Origin: Mobula hypostoma
Taxonomy: Eukaryota
DNA: 64,000 bases
Direction of reading: 5' to 3'
NCBI RefSeq assembly: GCF_963921235.1
Contig: NC_086109.1
Location: 3,784,001 to 3,848,000, forward strand
Both the position numbers and the translations under genes were made by a program. Position 1 is the stretch's first letter. Every line of letters starts with the position of its first letter. Positions 1-10,914 of the stretch are shown one piece after another. The notes beneath the pieces are model-generated. The model was not told the DNA's origin and made no database searches. It was given only the letters and a program-made list of their open reading frames with translations.

Positions 1-407
1 TCCATGAGGTTAGTCCTGTGCCCCATTTTGAATTTATCGAATAATTATTTAGGTTATCTTCTGCTTCCACCATTGGTCTGAAGGTACAAAAGCATGAGAA
101 TGTGTTCCACCTCACATAAGTACAGCTTCTATGCTGCTGTTAGTAGCCTCTCGATCAGACCTCTTGTGCAATATAGATGAACTCTTGATCTATCTCATCC
201 TTACCCCCACCCACTTCCACTCAAGAACCTTCTGATCACTGCCTTAAATATACCCAAAGACTTGGTCTCTACAGCCACTTGTGGCAATGAATTCCACAGA
301 TTCACCACCGTTTGGCAAAAGAAGTTCCTCCTCATCTCTGTTCTCTGATATTCCTTCATCTGAAGTTGTCCCCTCTGGTCCTAGACTTCCCCCAGTAGTG
401 GAAGCAT

Positions 408-906
408 CAAGAATCATAGAAACATAGAAAACCTACAGCACAATACAGGCCCTTCACCCGACAAAGCTGTGCCGAACAAGTCCTTACTTTAGAAATTACC
501 TGAGGTTGCCCATAGCCCTCTATTTTTCTGAGCTCCATGTACCTGTCCAGGAGCCTCTTAAAAGACCCTATCGTATCCACCTCCACCACCATTGCCGACA
601 GCCCATTCCACGCACTCACCACTCTCTGCGTAAAAAACTTACCCCTGATATCTCCTCTGTACCTACTTCCAAGCATTTTATAAATGTGCCCCTTTGTGCT
701 AGCCATTTCAGCCCTGGGAAAAATCCTCTGACTATCCACACGATCAATGCCTCTCATCATCTTATGCACCTCTATCAGGTCACCTCTCATCCTCCGTCAC
801 CGCAAGGAAAAAAGGCCGAGTTCACTCGACCAATTCTCATAGGGCATGCTCCCCAATCCCGGCAACATACTTGTAAATCTCCCCTGCACCCTTTCTATGG
901 TTTCCG
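408..906 (-). mobile_element. CR1/HER1 LINE 3' fragment
   Basis: ORF 407..790 MRGDLIEVHKMMRG...FFTQRVVSAWNGL is the CR1 ORF2 C-terminus; (CATAGAAA)n tail near 415-430. An older CR1 3' piece adjoins at about 200-407. Confidence 0.88.
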
Positions 907-1080
907 CATCGGGGGGCTAACAGTCAGCCTCCAGTGAAGATTCAGTTCAATGTGATAGGGTACAGATGGACTGATTGAGCAATGTTTAATCTTAATCTAG
1001 CTACTCTCTGACCAAAATCTGCAGACAATAGGAGCATTTAAGAGACTCTTAGACAGGCACATGGATTAATAAAACTGGTG

Positions 1081-1770
1081 GGGGGGGGCACGGTAGTGTA
1101 GTGTTTAGCATGATGCTTTACAGTACCGGCAACCCGGGTTCAATTCCCGCCACTGGCTGTAGAGAGATTGTACATTCTCCCTGTGACCGAGTGGGCATCC
1201 TCCCACAGTCCGAAGATATGCCATTTGGTATATGTTTAGAAAGCATGCATTATGATCAGAGATTAAGGGAGCTAGGGCTTTACTCTTTGGAGAGAAGGAG
1301 GATAAGAGGAAATATGATAGAGGTGTACAAGATATTAAGAGGAATCGATGGAGTGGATAGCCAGCGCCTCTTCCCCAGAGCACCACTGCTCAATACAAGA
1401 GGACATGGCTTTAAGGTAAGGGGTGGGAAGTTCAAGGGGGATATTAGAGGAAGGTTTTTAACTCAGAGAGTGGTTGGTGCGTGGAATGCACTGCCTGAGT
1501 CAGCGGTGGAGGCAGATACACTAGTGAAGTTTAAGAGACTACTAGGCAGGTATATGGAGGAACTTAAGGTGGGGGGTTATATGGGAGGCAGGGTTTGAGG
1601 GTCGGCACAACATTGTGGGCCGAAGGGCCTGTACTGTGCTGTACTATTCTATGTTCTATGTAGGTTAATTGGTCATTGTAAATTATGATTAGGCTGTGGT
1701 TAAATCAGGCAGTGCAGCTCAAAGGGCTGGAAGGGCCTATTCTGCATTGTATCCCAGTATAATAAAAAAA
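1081..1770 (+). mobile_element. tRNA-derived V-SINE (HE1-like), split by a CR1 insertion
   Basis: tRNA-like head (GGTAGTGTAGTGTTTAGC...GGGTTCAATTCCC) and V-domain CTCCCACAGTCC; resumes as TAGGTTAATTGGTCATTGTAAATT after about 1660. Confidence 0.8.
1231..1660 (+). mobile_element. CR1 3' fragment nested in V-SINE
   Basis: YDQRLRELGLYSLERRRIRGNMIEVYKILRG...RVVGAWNALP; (TTCTATG)n tail. Confidence 0.88.
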
Positions 1771-1925
1771 CGTATTAAAAAGTGGAGGACTCTGGCCTGT
1801 GTAGGAGAGAAGGGTTAGATTTATAAAGGTCAGAAAAACATTGTGGGCTGGGGGGTTTGTACTGTAAGTTACGTTTGGGATGTTCACTGCACAGGCAGTC
1901 TCATGCTTGTACCCTGTCTCTGCAG

Positions 1926-2116
1926 TGCACCTGTACAAGTGCGATGCCCTGAGGGAGAGCTGTGGTCTCTGCCTGAAGGCCAATCAGAAGTTTGAGTGCG
2001 GCTGGTGCCAGGCGAAGCACCGCTGTAGCCTGAGGAAGCACTGCCCCACCTTCACTTCGCAGTGGCTGCACCTCACCAGTAGCAATGTCAAGTGCTCCAA
2101 CCCTCGGATTACGCAG
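1926..2116 (+). CDS. PLXNA2: Plexin-A (PLXNA2-like) internal coding exon, PSI domain
   Basis: Acceptor ctctgcAG at 1924-1925, donor GTAAGT at 2117; 191 nt, phase 1 to 0. Encodes (V)[70 protein letters not shown] and NVKCSNP match PLXNA2 better than PLXNA4 (from memory). Confidence 0.93.
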
Positions 2117-3023
2117 GTAAGTGGCAGCATCACCGGCTCTCCGCGCAACCGGCTGACAGGCTGTTGTCATGTGCAGCCCCCGTACCTGTGTGCACAGACC
2201 ACATTCATAGAATAACAGAGAATTTGCTCTAGGCAAATTATGCAGACTGACATGAAACTTGCGATGTAATGCCCAATTTCCCTTGCTTCTGTCTTTCTGC
2301 TATTTAGTTAAAGGAAGCTGTCAGCTTTCAAAAAATATGGGACAGTCTGTTGATGAAATCCCACCAGTGTGTCAGACAGTTTGTCTGTGGGTTGCTTCAA
2401 GCTCTGTAATAACCTGGTGCAGTGATTCAAGCCTTCCATTTTGATCTGCGTGTCAGTTCACACCTTGTCTGTTCAGTCGGTTGTGAGATCTTGCGTTGGC
2501 CCCACTTATTCTGCTCTAATGCACAAACTTTAATTAAACTCTGTTCAAGGTGGAAAATCTAATTAGGTCAAATTGATTGGCTCATTATATACATAAGTGT
2601 AGTTTGAGCAACTCCGTAGTCACCACCAGGGCACCTATTTTAATCGACCCATTGCACAAACACGTTTTTTTTAAGAAAACATTTCGTTCTTGACATCAAA
2701 ATAATTTTCATCGTCGTTTCAGTCCTGAAGCATTTTTGTGGTGAAGGTTAACTTTGCAAAAGATGTTTGACTTTCAAGTGCGAGCTTATGCTTATAGATC
2801 TCTCCAGTACTTGCTACAGGGCAAACGTTCGAAACTGAAGACGAGCAAAAGCACAGTCAAGATACTGAGTCAAAGTCTTTGCAAGTTCAGTCTCCAGCAA
2901 CTTGGTCTAATAATCTAAGGATGTTCAGTTTTGATGATCTTCCATGCAATAATTAATCTTCCCAGACTTATAGAGCACCACAACACTGAAACAGGCTCTT
3001 CAGCCCATCTAGTCTATGCACAC

Positions 3024-3026
<3 letters not shown>

Positions 3027-3054
<28 letters not shown>
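3027..3054. repeat. (TG)n microsatellite
   Basis: Directly visible. Confidence 0.95.
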
Positions 3055-3058
<4 letters not shown>

Positions 3059-3891
3059 TTTGTTTGTGCTGGTGTGCTCCAGAATTTGTGTTCAACATAC
3101 TGAAATTAGTTTGCAGCATCCTAGTGTGGACATGGAGACACGTGCACAAGGTTTCGTTTGCAAAGGAGCACGTGGATCAGTTTTGGAATTGACTGCCATG
3201 CAAGCAATTGTCATTTTAAAGTCAAAGTTGAGATTATTGTCCCATTTACCGGTACATGCATGTACAGATACAATGTAAAGCTTTCTTGCAACACCATCGG
3301 GGACACAACATTCACAAGAGAAAAAACATACAAAGTGTACATTATGCGCAAGTTTTATAAGAAAGAACACAATTAGCACAAAAATTAAGTAGTGAAAACT
3401 GGTCACAGTGTTGCTATACTCAGGAAGTGATTGGTTCAAGAACAGAATAGTTGAAGGTAAGTAGCTGTTCTTGAATCTGGTGGTGTGGAACTTCGGGCTA
3501 CGGTACCTCCTGCCTGATGGTAGCTGTGAAAAGATGGCATGGCCCGGATGGTGGGCATCTTTCATGGTAGATATTGCTTCCTTGTGCAATTCAGCACCTC
3601 CTGTAGATACTGTCACTAATGGGGAGGGATGTAGTGGGCTGAGTCGGCAACTCTGCATCTTCTTACATTCCTAGACCAGACGATGGTGCAACCAGTCAGG
3701 ATTCTTTCAACGGGACTTCTGTGGAAGTTTGTTGGAGAGTTTGGTGACAAGCCAAACGTCCTTACGCTCCTAAGAAAGTGAAGACAGTGGTGTGCTTTCC
3801 CTGTGATTGTATCTGCCGGACCCAGGACAGGTTCAGTTAACACCTAGGAATTTAAAGCTGCTGACTCTCTCCACCACCGATTCCCAATGTA

Positions 3892-4735
3892 CACTCAGTG
3901 GCCACTTTATTAGGTACACCTGTTCACTTGCTCGTTAACGCAAATATCTAATCAGCCAATCATGTGGCAGTAACTCTATGCATAAAAGCATGCAGACATG
4001 GTCAAGAGATTCAGTTGTTGTTCAGACCAAACATCACAATGAGGAAGATGTGATCTAAGTAACTTAAACCTTGCAATAATTACTCATTCCAGACAGAGTG
4101 GTTTGAGTATATCAGAAACTACTGATCCCTTGGGATTTTTTTTTAACACAACCATCTCTAAATTATACAGAGAATGGTACATGAAACAAAAAAAAAACCC
4201 AGTGAGTGGCAAATGTATTAATGAGAGAGTTCAGGGGAAAATGGACAGATTGGTTCAAGCTGACAGGAAGGTGACAGTAACTCAAATAAATAAACAACGA
4301 TAACAGTGGTATGCAGAGGAGCATCTCTGAATGCACAACGTGTGAAAACGTGAAGAGGATGGGTTACAGTAGCATTCATCATTATCATTGTTATGTGCTG
4401 TGTCGTATGCTCATGGTCTTTCCATGACCATGATGGCTCTTGGCAAATTTTTCTGCAGAAGTGGTTTGCCATTGCCTTCTTCTAAGCAGTGTCTTTACAA
4501 GACGGGTGACCCCAGCCATTATTAATACTCTTCAGAGATTGCCTGCCTGGTGTCAGTGGTCACATAACCAGGACTTGTGACCCTGACTGGGGGGCTAAGC
4601 AGGTGCTTGTCCGAGGGTGACTTCCTGCAAACTAGCAGAGGGAAGGAGTGCCCTACATCACTTTTGGTTGAAACGTGTCTCCACCCCACCACCCAAACTG
4701 TAGCAATAGATAACGAATAAAGTGCCCACGGAATG
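3892..4735 (+). mobile_element. Tc1-like DNA transposon remnant
   Basis: Left TIR CACTCAGTGGCCACTTTATT after TA; degenerate right TIR AATAAAGTGCCCACGGAATG before TA (4736-4737); transposase N-terminal fragment SISET...TTISKLYREW...RLVQADRKVTVTQI. Confidence 0.82.
4377..4695 (-). mobile_element. RTE/BovB-related non-autonomous element
   Basis: Minus strand GAAGAAGGCAATGGCAAACCACTTC motif typical of BovB-derived elements; (ATG)n tail; second copy at 22851-23218. Confidence 0.65.
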
Positions 4736-5075
4736 TAGACTGGCACATCTTCACCTTCCTTCCTCTTCCAGAAATGAAGAACCAGCTCTCTAGTGTTACA
4801 GACGCTGAATGGGGGATTGTTGTTGTGGCAGCACTCAACCTGGTGACATATCCCACTCCCGTACACTAGTTCATCGCCACCTGTGTTCTATGTCCAAGAA
4901 GAACAGTGTCATCAGTGAACTTGTACAGTATCTAGTATGGAACCACACAGTCACATGCATTAATCAGACCACTTCCGGAGTATTGTGAGCAGCTTTGGAC
5001 TCCGTATCCAGGCAAGGATGTGCTGGCATTGGAGAGGTTCCAGAGGAGGTCTGTGAGAATGCTCCTGCAAATGTG

Positions 5076-5342
5076 CGGCAAGCTGGTGTGGTGGTTAGCA
5101 CAACGCTTTACAGTGCCAGTGACCCGACTTCAATTCCCGCCACTGCCTGTAAGGAGTTTGTACGTTCTCCGCGTGACCGTCTGGGTTTCCTCAGGATGCT
5201 CTGATTTCCTCCCACAGTCCAAAGACTTACCGGTTGGTAGGTTAACTGGTCATCGTAAATTGTCCTGAGATTAGTTAAATCGGGGGTTGCTGGACGGTGT
5301 GGCTCGAAGGACCGGAGGGGCCAATTCCACGCTGTATCTCAA
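5076..5342 (+). mobile_element. V-SINE (HE1-like)
   Basis: tRNA-like head, V-domain GGGTTTCCTCAGGATGCTCTGATTTCCTCCCACAGTCCAAAGAC, 3' GCTGTATCTC. Sits inside a + strand CR1 fragment. Confidence 0.85.
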
Positions 5343-6301
5343 TGAATGAATGAGTGAATTAATGTATGAGGAGGGTTTGATGACACTGGACCTGTACTTT
5401 GAGACTATGTGTTGAACACTGGATTCTGACCGTGACCTTTCTTCATCTGGGGTTGATACCAGTTGTTCAGCTCCTGCTGTCCATTAACTTGCACCGAGTT
5501 CTCTCCCATGCACACCTAACAACTTACTGATTCTCCTCTGGCTACATGCTTGGCTGTCGGAATTCTGTGCCTTGTGCAAAATTGGCTTAAAGTCTGCTGT
5601 AAGTATGGTTCTGCTACTGCAGTCCGTCCAGCTGGTTCACAAGTAAACTGTGGTTCCAACATAGACTTCTTAGTCAGCCATTACTCAACTCACCTACTGG
5701 CCTGAGTTATGGGCCTTTTATTCATGTGAAAGAATTCACTGCCATGGAGAGATGTCTTCTGCAAATCAATTAAACACATAACTGATTAATCAAGAGATCC
5801 GGTGTCAGGCAATAACTGTCTATCTCTGTCAATATCCTCATTATTTTTAGCGCAAATCTCAAATTATTAGAGTACCGAAAAATCTAGTGTACGGTTGGTT
5901 TGATAGATAGTCCAGATACGATCATCTAAGATGCATTAATCTTCATCAATAAAACACACACTAAGGTTCAGTTTGCCATGGACATTTGCAGTGATTTTTT
6001 TTAATGATAAACAGTGTGTTGTTAGCTTTTCCACCTGCTTATCCTCCTTTGGGATTCACTGTGAGTTATGATGAAAGGCATTCCCTTCATTAAGGATAAG
6101 AATGAGTAAATCCAGATTGAATGAAGCCCACTGAAATCAACTGACAAAAGCAAACGATTTACGCAGTCTTTTACTGAATTGTAGAAATAACATGTTGGCT
6201 GTATGGTAATTGGGGAATAATGGAAATCCAAGGTCTTCATCGTCATCATTATGTGCCGTATCGTATGATGTATGTAACATGACAGTTCTTAGCAAGTTTT
6301 T

Positions 6302-6772
6302 GGTACAATCATACTGACAATGGGTGATTTAATTCAGTGTCAGGATTTGACACTAGGGTACAGTCCCACTGACAATGGGGGTTTTAATTGTCAGGATATG
6401 ACACTGGGGTACAGTCTCACTGACAATGGGCATTTTAATCGTGTCAGGATTTAACACTGAAGTACAGTCTCACTGACAATGGGCATTTTAATCGTGTCAG
6501 GATTTAACACTGAGGTACAGTCTCACTGACAATGGGCATTTTAATTGAGTCAGGATTTGACACTGGGGTACAGTCCCACTGACAATGGGGCTTTTAATTG
6601 AGTCAGGATATGACACTGGGGCATAATCACACTGACAATGGACATTTTAATAGTGTCAGGATTTGACACTGGGGTACAGTCACTGACAACAGGCACTCTA
6701 ATTCCTATCATGATTCGACTTTATGGTAGAGTCACATTGACAATAGGCAAATTAATTCAGTGACAGGATTTG
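6302..6772. repeat. ~53-bp minisatellite, about 9 units
   Basis: ACTGACAA unit starts at 6313, 6368, 6419, 6472, 6525, 6578, 6631, 6682 and (degenerate) 6736. Confidence 0.95.
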
Positions 6773-6999
6773 GGTGTTACTGGTAAGGCCAGCCATTGGT
6801 GCCCATCCCTGATTGTACAGGACACGCTGAAAATCAGCCTTGAAATGGGGCAGTCCATGAGGTGAAGGCATGGGACAGAGGCACGTGGTGGGTATGTGAT
6901 GTATATAAGACCATAAGACAAAGGAGCAGAAGTCGGCCATTCGGCCCATCGAGTCTGCTCTGCCATTTTATCATTAGCTGATCCATTCTCCCATTTAGT

Positions 7000-9911
7000 C
7001 ACATTCCCCGCCTTCTCACCATAACCTTTGATGCCCTGGCTACTCAGATACCTATCAATCTCTGCCTTAAATACACCCAATGACTTGGCCTCCACTGCTG
7101 CCCGTGGCAACAAATTCCATAGATTCACCCCCCTCTGACTAAAAAAATTTCTTTGCATTTCTGCTTTGAATGGACGCCCTTCAATCCTTAAGTCATGCCC
7201 TCTCGTACTAGACTCCCCCATCATGGGAAACAACTTTGCCACATCCACTCTGTCCATGCCTTTCAACATTCGAAATGTTTCTGTGAGGTCTCCCCTCATT
7301 CTTCTAAACTCCAAGGAATACAGTCCAAGAGTGGACAAACGTTCCTCATATGTTAACCCTCTCATTCCCGGAATCATTCTAGTGAATCTTCTCTGTACCT
7401 TCTCCAACGTCAGCACATCCTTTCTTAAATAAGGAGACCAAAACTGCCCAAAGTACTCCAAGTGAAGTCTCACCAGCACCTTATAGAGCCTCAACATCAC
7501 ATCCCTGCTCCTATACTCTATTCCTCTAGGAATGAATGCCAACATTGCATTCGCCTTCTTCACCACCGACTCAACCTGGAGGTTAACCTTAAGGATATCC
7601 TGTACGAGGACTCCCAAGTCCCGTTGCATCTCAGAACTTTGAATTCTCTCCCCATTTAAATAATAGTCTGCTCATCTATTTCTTCTGCCAAAGTGCATAA
7701 CCATACACTTTCCAACATTGTATTTCATTTGCCACTTCTTTGCCCATTCTTCCAATCTATCCAAGTCTCTCTGCAGACTCTCCGTTTCCTCAGCACTACC
7801 GGTCCCTCCACCTATCTTCGTATTGTCAGCAAACTTAGCCACAAAGCCATCTATTTCATAATCCAAATCGTTGATGTACAATGCAAAAAGAAGCGGCCCC
7901 AACACGGACCCCTGTGGAACACCACTGGTAACCGGCAGCCAACCAGAATAGGATCCCTTTATTCCCACTCTCTGTTTCCTGCCAATCAGCCAACGCTCTA
8001 TCCATGTATGTAACTTTCCCGTAATTCCATGAAATCATATCTTGTTAAGTAGCCTCATGTGTGGCACCTTGTCAAAGGCCTTCTGAAAATCCAAATATAC
8101 AACATCCACTGCATCTCCCTTGTCTAGCCTACTTGTAATTTCCTCAAAAAATTGTAATAGGTTTGTCAGGCAGGATTTCCTTTAAGGAATCCATGCTGAG
8201 TTCTGCCCATCTTATCATATGCCTCCAGGTACTCTGTAACCTCATCCTTGACAATCGACTCCAACAACTTCCCAACCACCGACGTCAAGCTAACAGGTCT
8301 ATAATTTCCTTTTTGCTTCCTTGTCCCCTTCTTAAATAGCGGAGTGACATTTGCAATCTTCCAGTCCTTCGGAACCATGCCAGAATCTATCAACTTTTGA
8401 AGGATCATCGCTAATGCCTCCGCAATCTCCATAGCTACTTCCTTCAGAACACGAGGGTGCATTCCATCTGGTCCGGGAGATTTATCTACCTTTAGATTAT
8501 TCAGCTTCCTGAGTACTTTCTCTGTCGTAATTGTGACTGCGCACACCTCTCTTCCCTGCCACCCTTGAGTATCCGGTATACTGCTGATGTCTTCCTCAGT
8601 GAAGACTGATGCAAAATACTCGTTCAGTTCCTCCGCCGTCTCCTTATCTCCCATTACAATTTCTCCAGCATTATTTTCTATCGGTCCTATATCTACTCTC
8701 ACCTGTCTTTTACTCTTTATATATTTGAAAAAGCTTTTAGTATCCTCTTTGATATTATTTGCTAGCTTTCTTTCATAGTTAATCTTTTCCCTCTTAATGA
8801 CCTTCTTAGTTTCCTTTTGTAAGCTTTTAAAAACTTCTCAGTCCTCTGTCTTCCCACTAATTTTTGCTTCCTTGTATGCCCTCTCCTTTGCTTTAACTTT
8901 GGCTTTGACTTCTCTTGTCAACCACGGTTGCATCCTTTTTCCATTTGAAAATTTCTTCTTTATTGGAATATACCTGTCTTGCACCTTCCTCACTTCTCGC
9001 ATAAACTCCAGCCACTGCTGCTCTGCTGTCTTTCCCGCCAGTGTCCCTTTCCAGTCAACTTTGGCCAGTTCCTCTTTCATGCCACTGTAATTTCCTTTAC
9101 TCCACTGAAACACCGACACATCAGATTTCGGCTTCTCTTTTTCAAATTTCACAGTGAACTCAATCATGTTATGATCACTGCCTCCTAAGGGTTCCTTCAC
9201 CTCAATCTCTCCAATCACCTCCGGTTCATTACACAATACCCAATCCAGTACAGCCGATCCCCTAGTGGGCTCAACAACAAACTGTGCTAAAAAGCCATCT
9301 CGCAGACATTCTACAAATTTTCTCTCTTGAGATCCAGTGCCAGCCAGATTTTCCCAATCCACTCGCATGTTAAAATCCTCCACAATTATCGTAACACTGC
9401 CCTTCTGACAAGCCTTTTCTATTTCCTGTTGTAATTTGTAGTCCACATCACTGCAGCTGTTTGAAGGCCTATAAATAACTGCCATCAGGGTCCTTTTACC
9501 CCTCCGATTTCTTAGCTCAACCCATAAAGATTCTGTACCTTCTGATCCTATATCACCTCTTTCTAATGATTTAATATCATTTCTTACCAATAAAGCCATG
9601 CCTCCCCCTCTGCCTACCTTCCTATCCTTCCGATACACCGTGTATCCTTGGAAGTTCAGCTCCCAGAGACATGCATCCTTTAGCCAGGTCTCAGTGATGG
9701 CCACAATATCATACCTGCCAATCTGTAGCTGTACGACAAGATCATCCACCTTATTCCTTATGCTGCGTGCATTTAAGTATAACACCTTCAGACCAGTATT
9801 TGGTACTTTTCGGTTTGATTTCACTGCAACTTTATTGCACTGCAACTCATCCCAATGGCTACAAATTTGCCCCATCACCTGCCTGTCTTTCCTGACATCT
9901 TTACTGCTCAC
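7000..9911 (-). pseudogene. CR1 ORF2p: APE endonuclease plus reverse transcriptase, broken by a few stops and frameshifts
   Basis: YLNARSIRNK, AITETWL, YRP, DFN, GSDHN (APE); KSPGPDG, NYRPVSLTS, QHGF, GVPQGSVLGP, KFADN(D)TK (RT). Breaks near 8838, 8170 and 7672. Confidence 0.92.
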
Positions 9912-9979
9912 TATCTTAGATTTATTTCTGTTTTCCTCTTCCTCTGCTCTGTCATTCCGGTTCCCATCCCCCTGCCAAA

Positions 9980-10914
9980 TTAGTTTAAACCCTCCCTAAC
10001 AGCTCTATTAAACTTTCCTGCCAGGATATTGGTCCCCTTCAGGTTCAGGTGTAACCTGTCCATTTTGAACAGGTCATACTTCCCCCAGAAGAGATCCCAA
10101 TTATCCAAGAATCTGAATTCCTGCCCCCTGCACCAGTCTCTCAGCCACGCATTCATCTGCCTGATCCTACTATTCTTGCCCTCGCTAGCACGTGGCACAG
10201 GTAGCAATCCCAAGATTGCTACCTTGGAGGTCCTGCTTCTCAGCTTCCTTCCTAACTCCCAGAAATCACTCTTCAGGACCTCCTCCTTTGTCCTATCTAT
10301 GTCATTGGTACCAACATGTACCAAGAGAACTGGCTGCTCACCCTCCCACTTCAGAATATTCTGGACCCGATCCGAGACATTCCGTACCCTGGCACCTGGG
10401 AGGCAACACACCATGCGGGTATATCTATCAGGCTCACAGAATCTCCTGTCCGTTCCCCTGACTATGGAATCCCCTACGACTACCGCATTTCTCTTCTCCC
10501 TCCTTCTCTCCTGCACAACAGCGCCAGGCTCAGTGCCAGAGACCCGGTCACCATGGGCGTCCCCTGTCAGGTCATCCCCCCAACAGCATATAGAACAAGA
10601 TATTTTTTGCTGAGGGGGACAGCCACAGATGTGCTCTCCACTATCCGGACATTTCCTTTCCCTCTCTTGACAGTGACCCAGTTTTCTGACCCCTGTAGCC
10701 TAGGGATGACTACCTCCCTGTAGCTCCTGTCTATCACCTCTTCACTTTCCCTGATAAGCAGTAGGTCATCAAGCTGCAGCTCCAGATCCCTAACACGGTC
10801 TCTGAGGAGCTGCATCTCGGTGCATCTGGCACAGATGTGGCCATCAGGGAGGCTGGAGGTCTCCCAGGATTTCCACATCTGACACCCTGAACAAAGCACT
10901 AACCCTGCAGGCAT
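9980..10914 (-). pseudogene. CR1 ORF1p: zinc-finger/leucine zipper plus SGNH esterase, one frameshift near 10570-10600
   Basis: MPAGLVLCSGC...HICARC then LELQLDDL coiled coil; esterase motifs VVVGDSIVRG, CLPGARV, HVGTND, DRLHLN. Confidence 0.88.

Larger units (their letters stand above)
3215..4925 (-). mobile_element. Rex1/Babar LINE 3' fragment interrupted by a Tc1 element
   Basis: HPGHAIFSQLPSGRRYRS...RFKNSY (3092..3658), KAHHCLHFLR (3616..3843), RELVLHFWKR...PVYI (4522..4866). Confidence 0.8.

Noticed and set aside
1081..1160. tRNA gene (also near 5080, 34545 and 41150)
   Set aside because: tRNA-derived SINE heads followed by the V-domain; no complete cloverleaf.
1880..2215. Standalone 111-aa ORF (likewise 41604..41876)
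   Set aside because: Only the splice-bounded part is plexin; the flanks are intron read-through.
6302..6772. CRISPR-like array with palindromic repeats
   Set aside because: Whole units are homologous with no unique spacers; eukaryotic intron; no cas genes.
10029..10723. Long + strand ORFs overlapping the CR1
   Set aside because: Antisense shadows of CR1 ORF1 with no recognisable domain.
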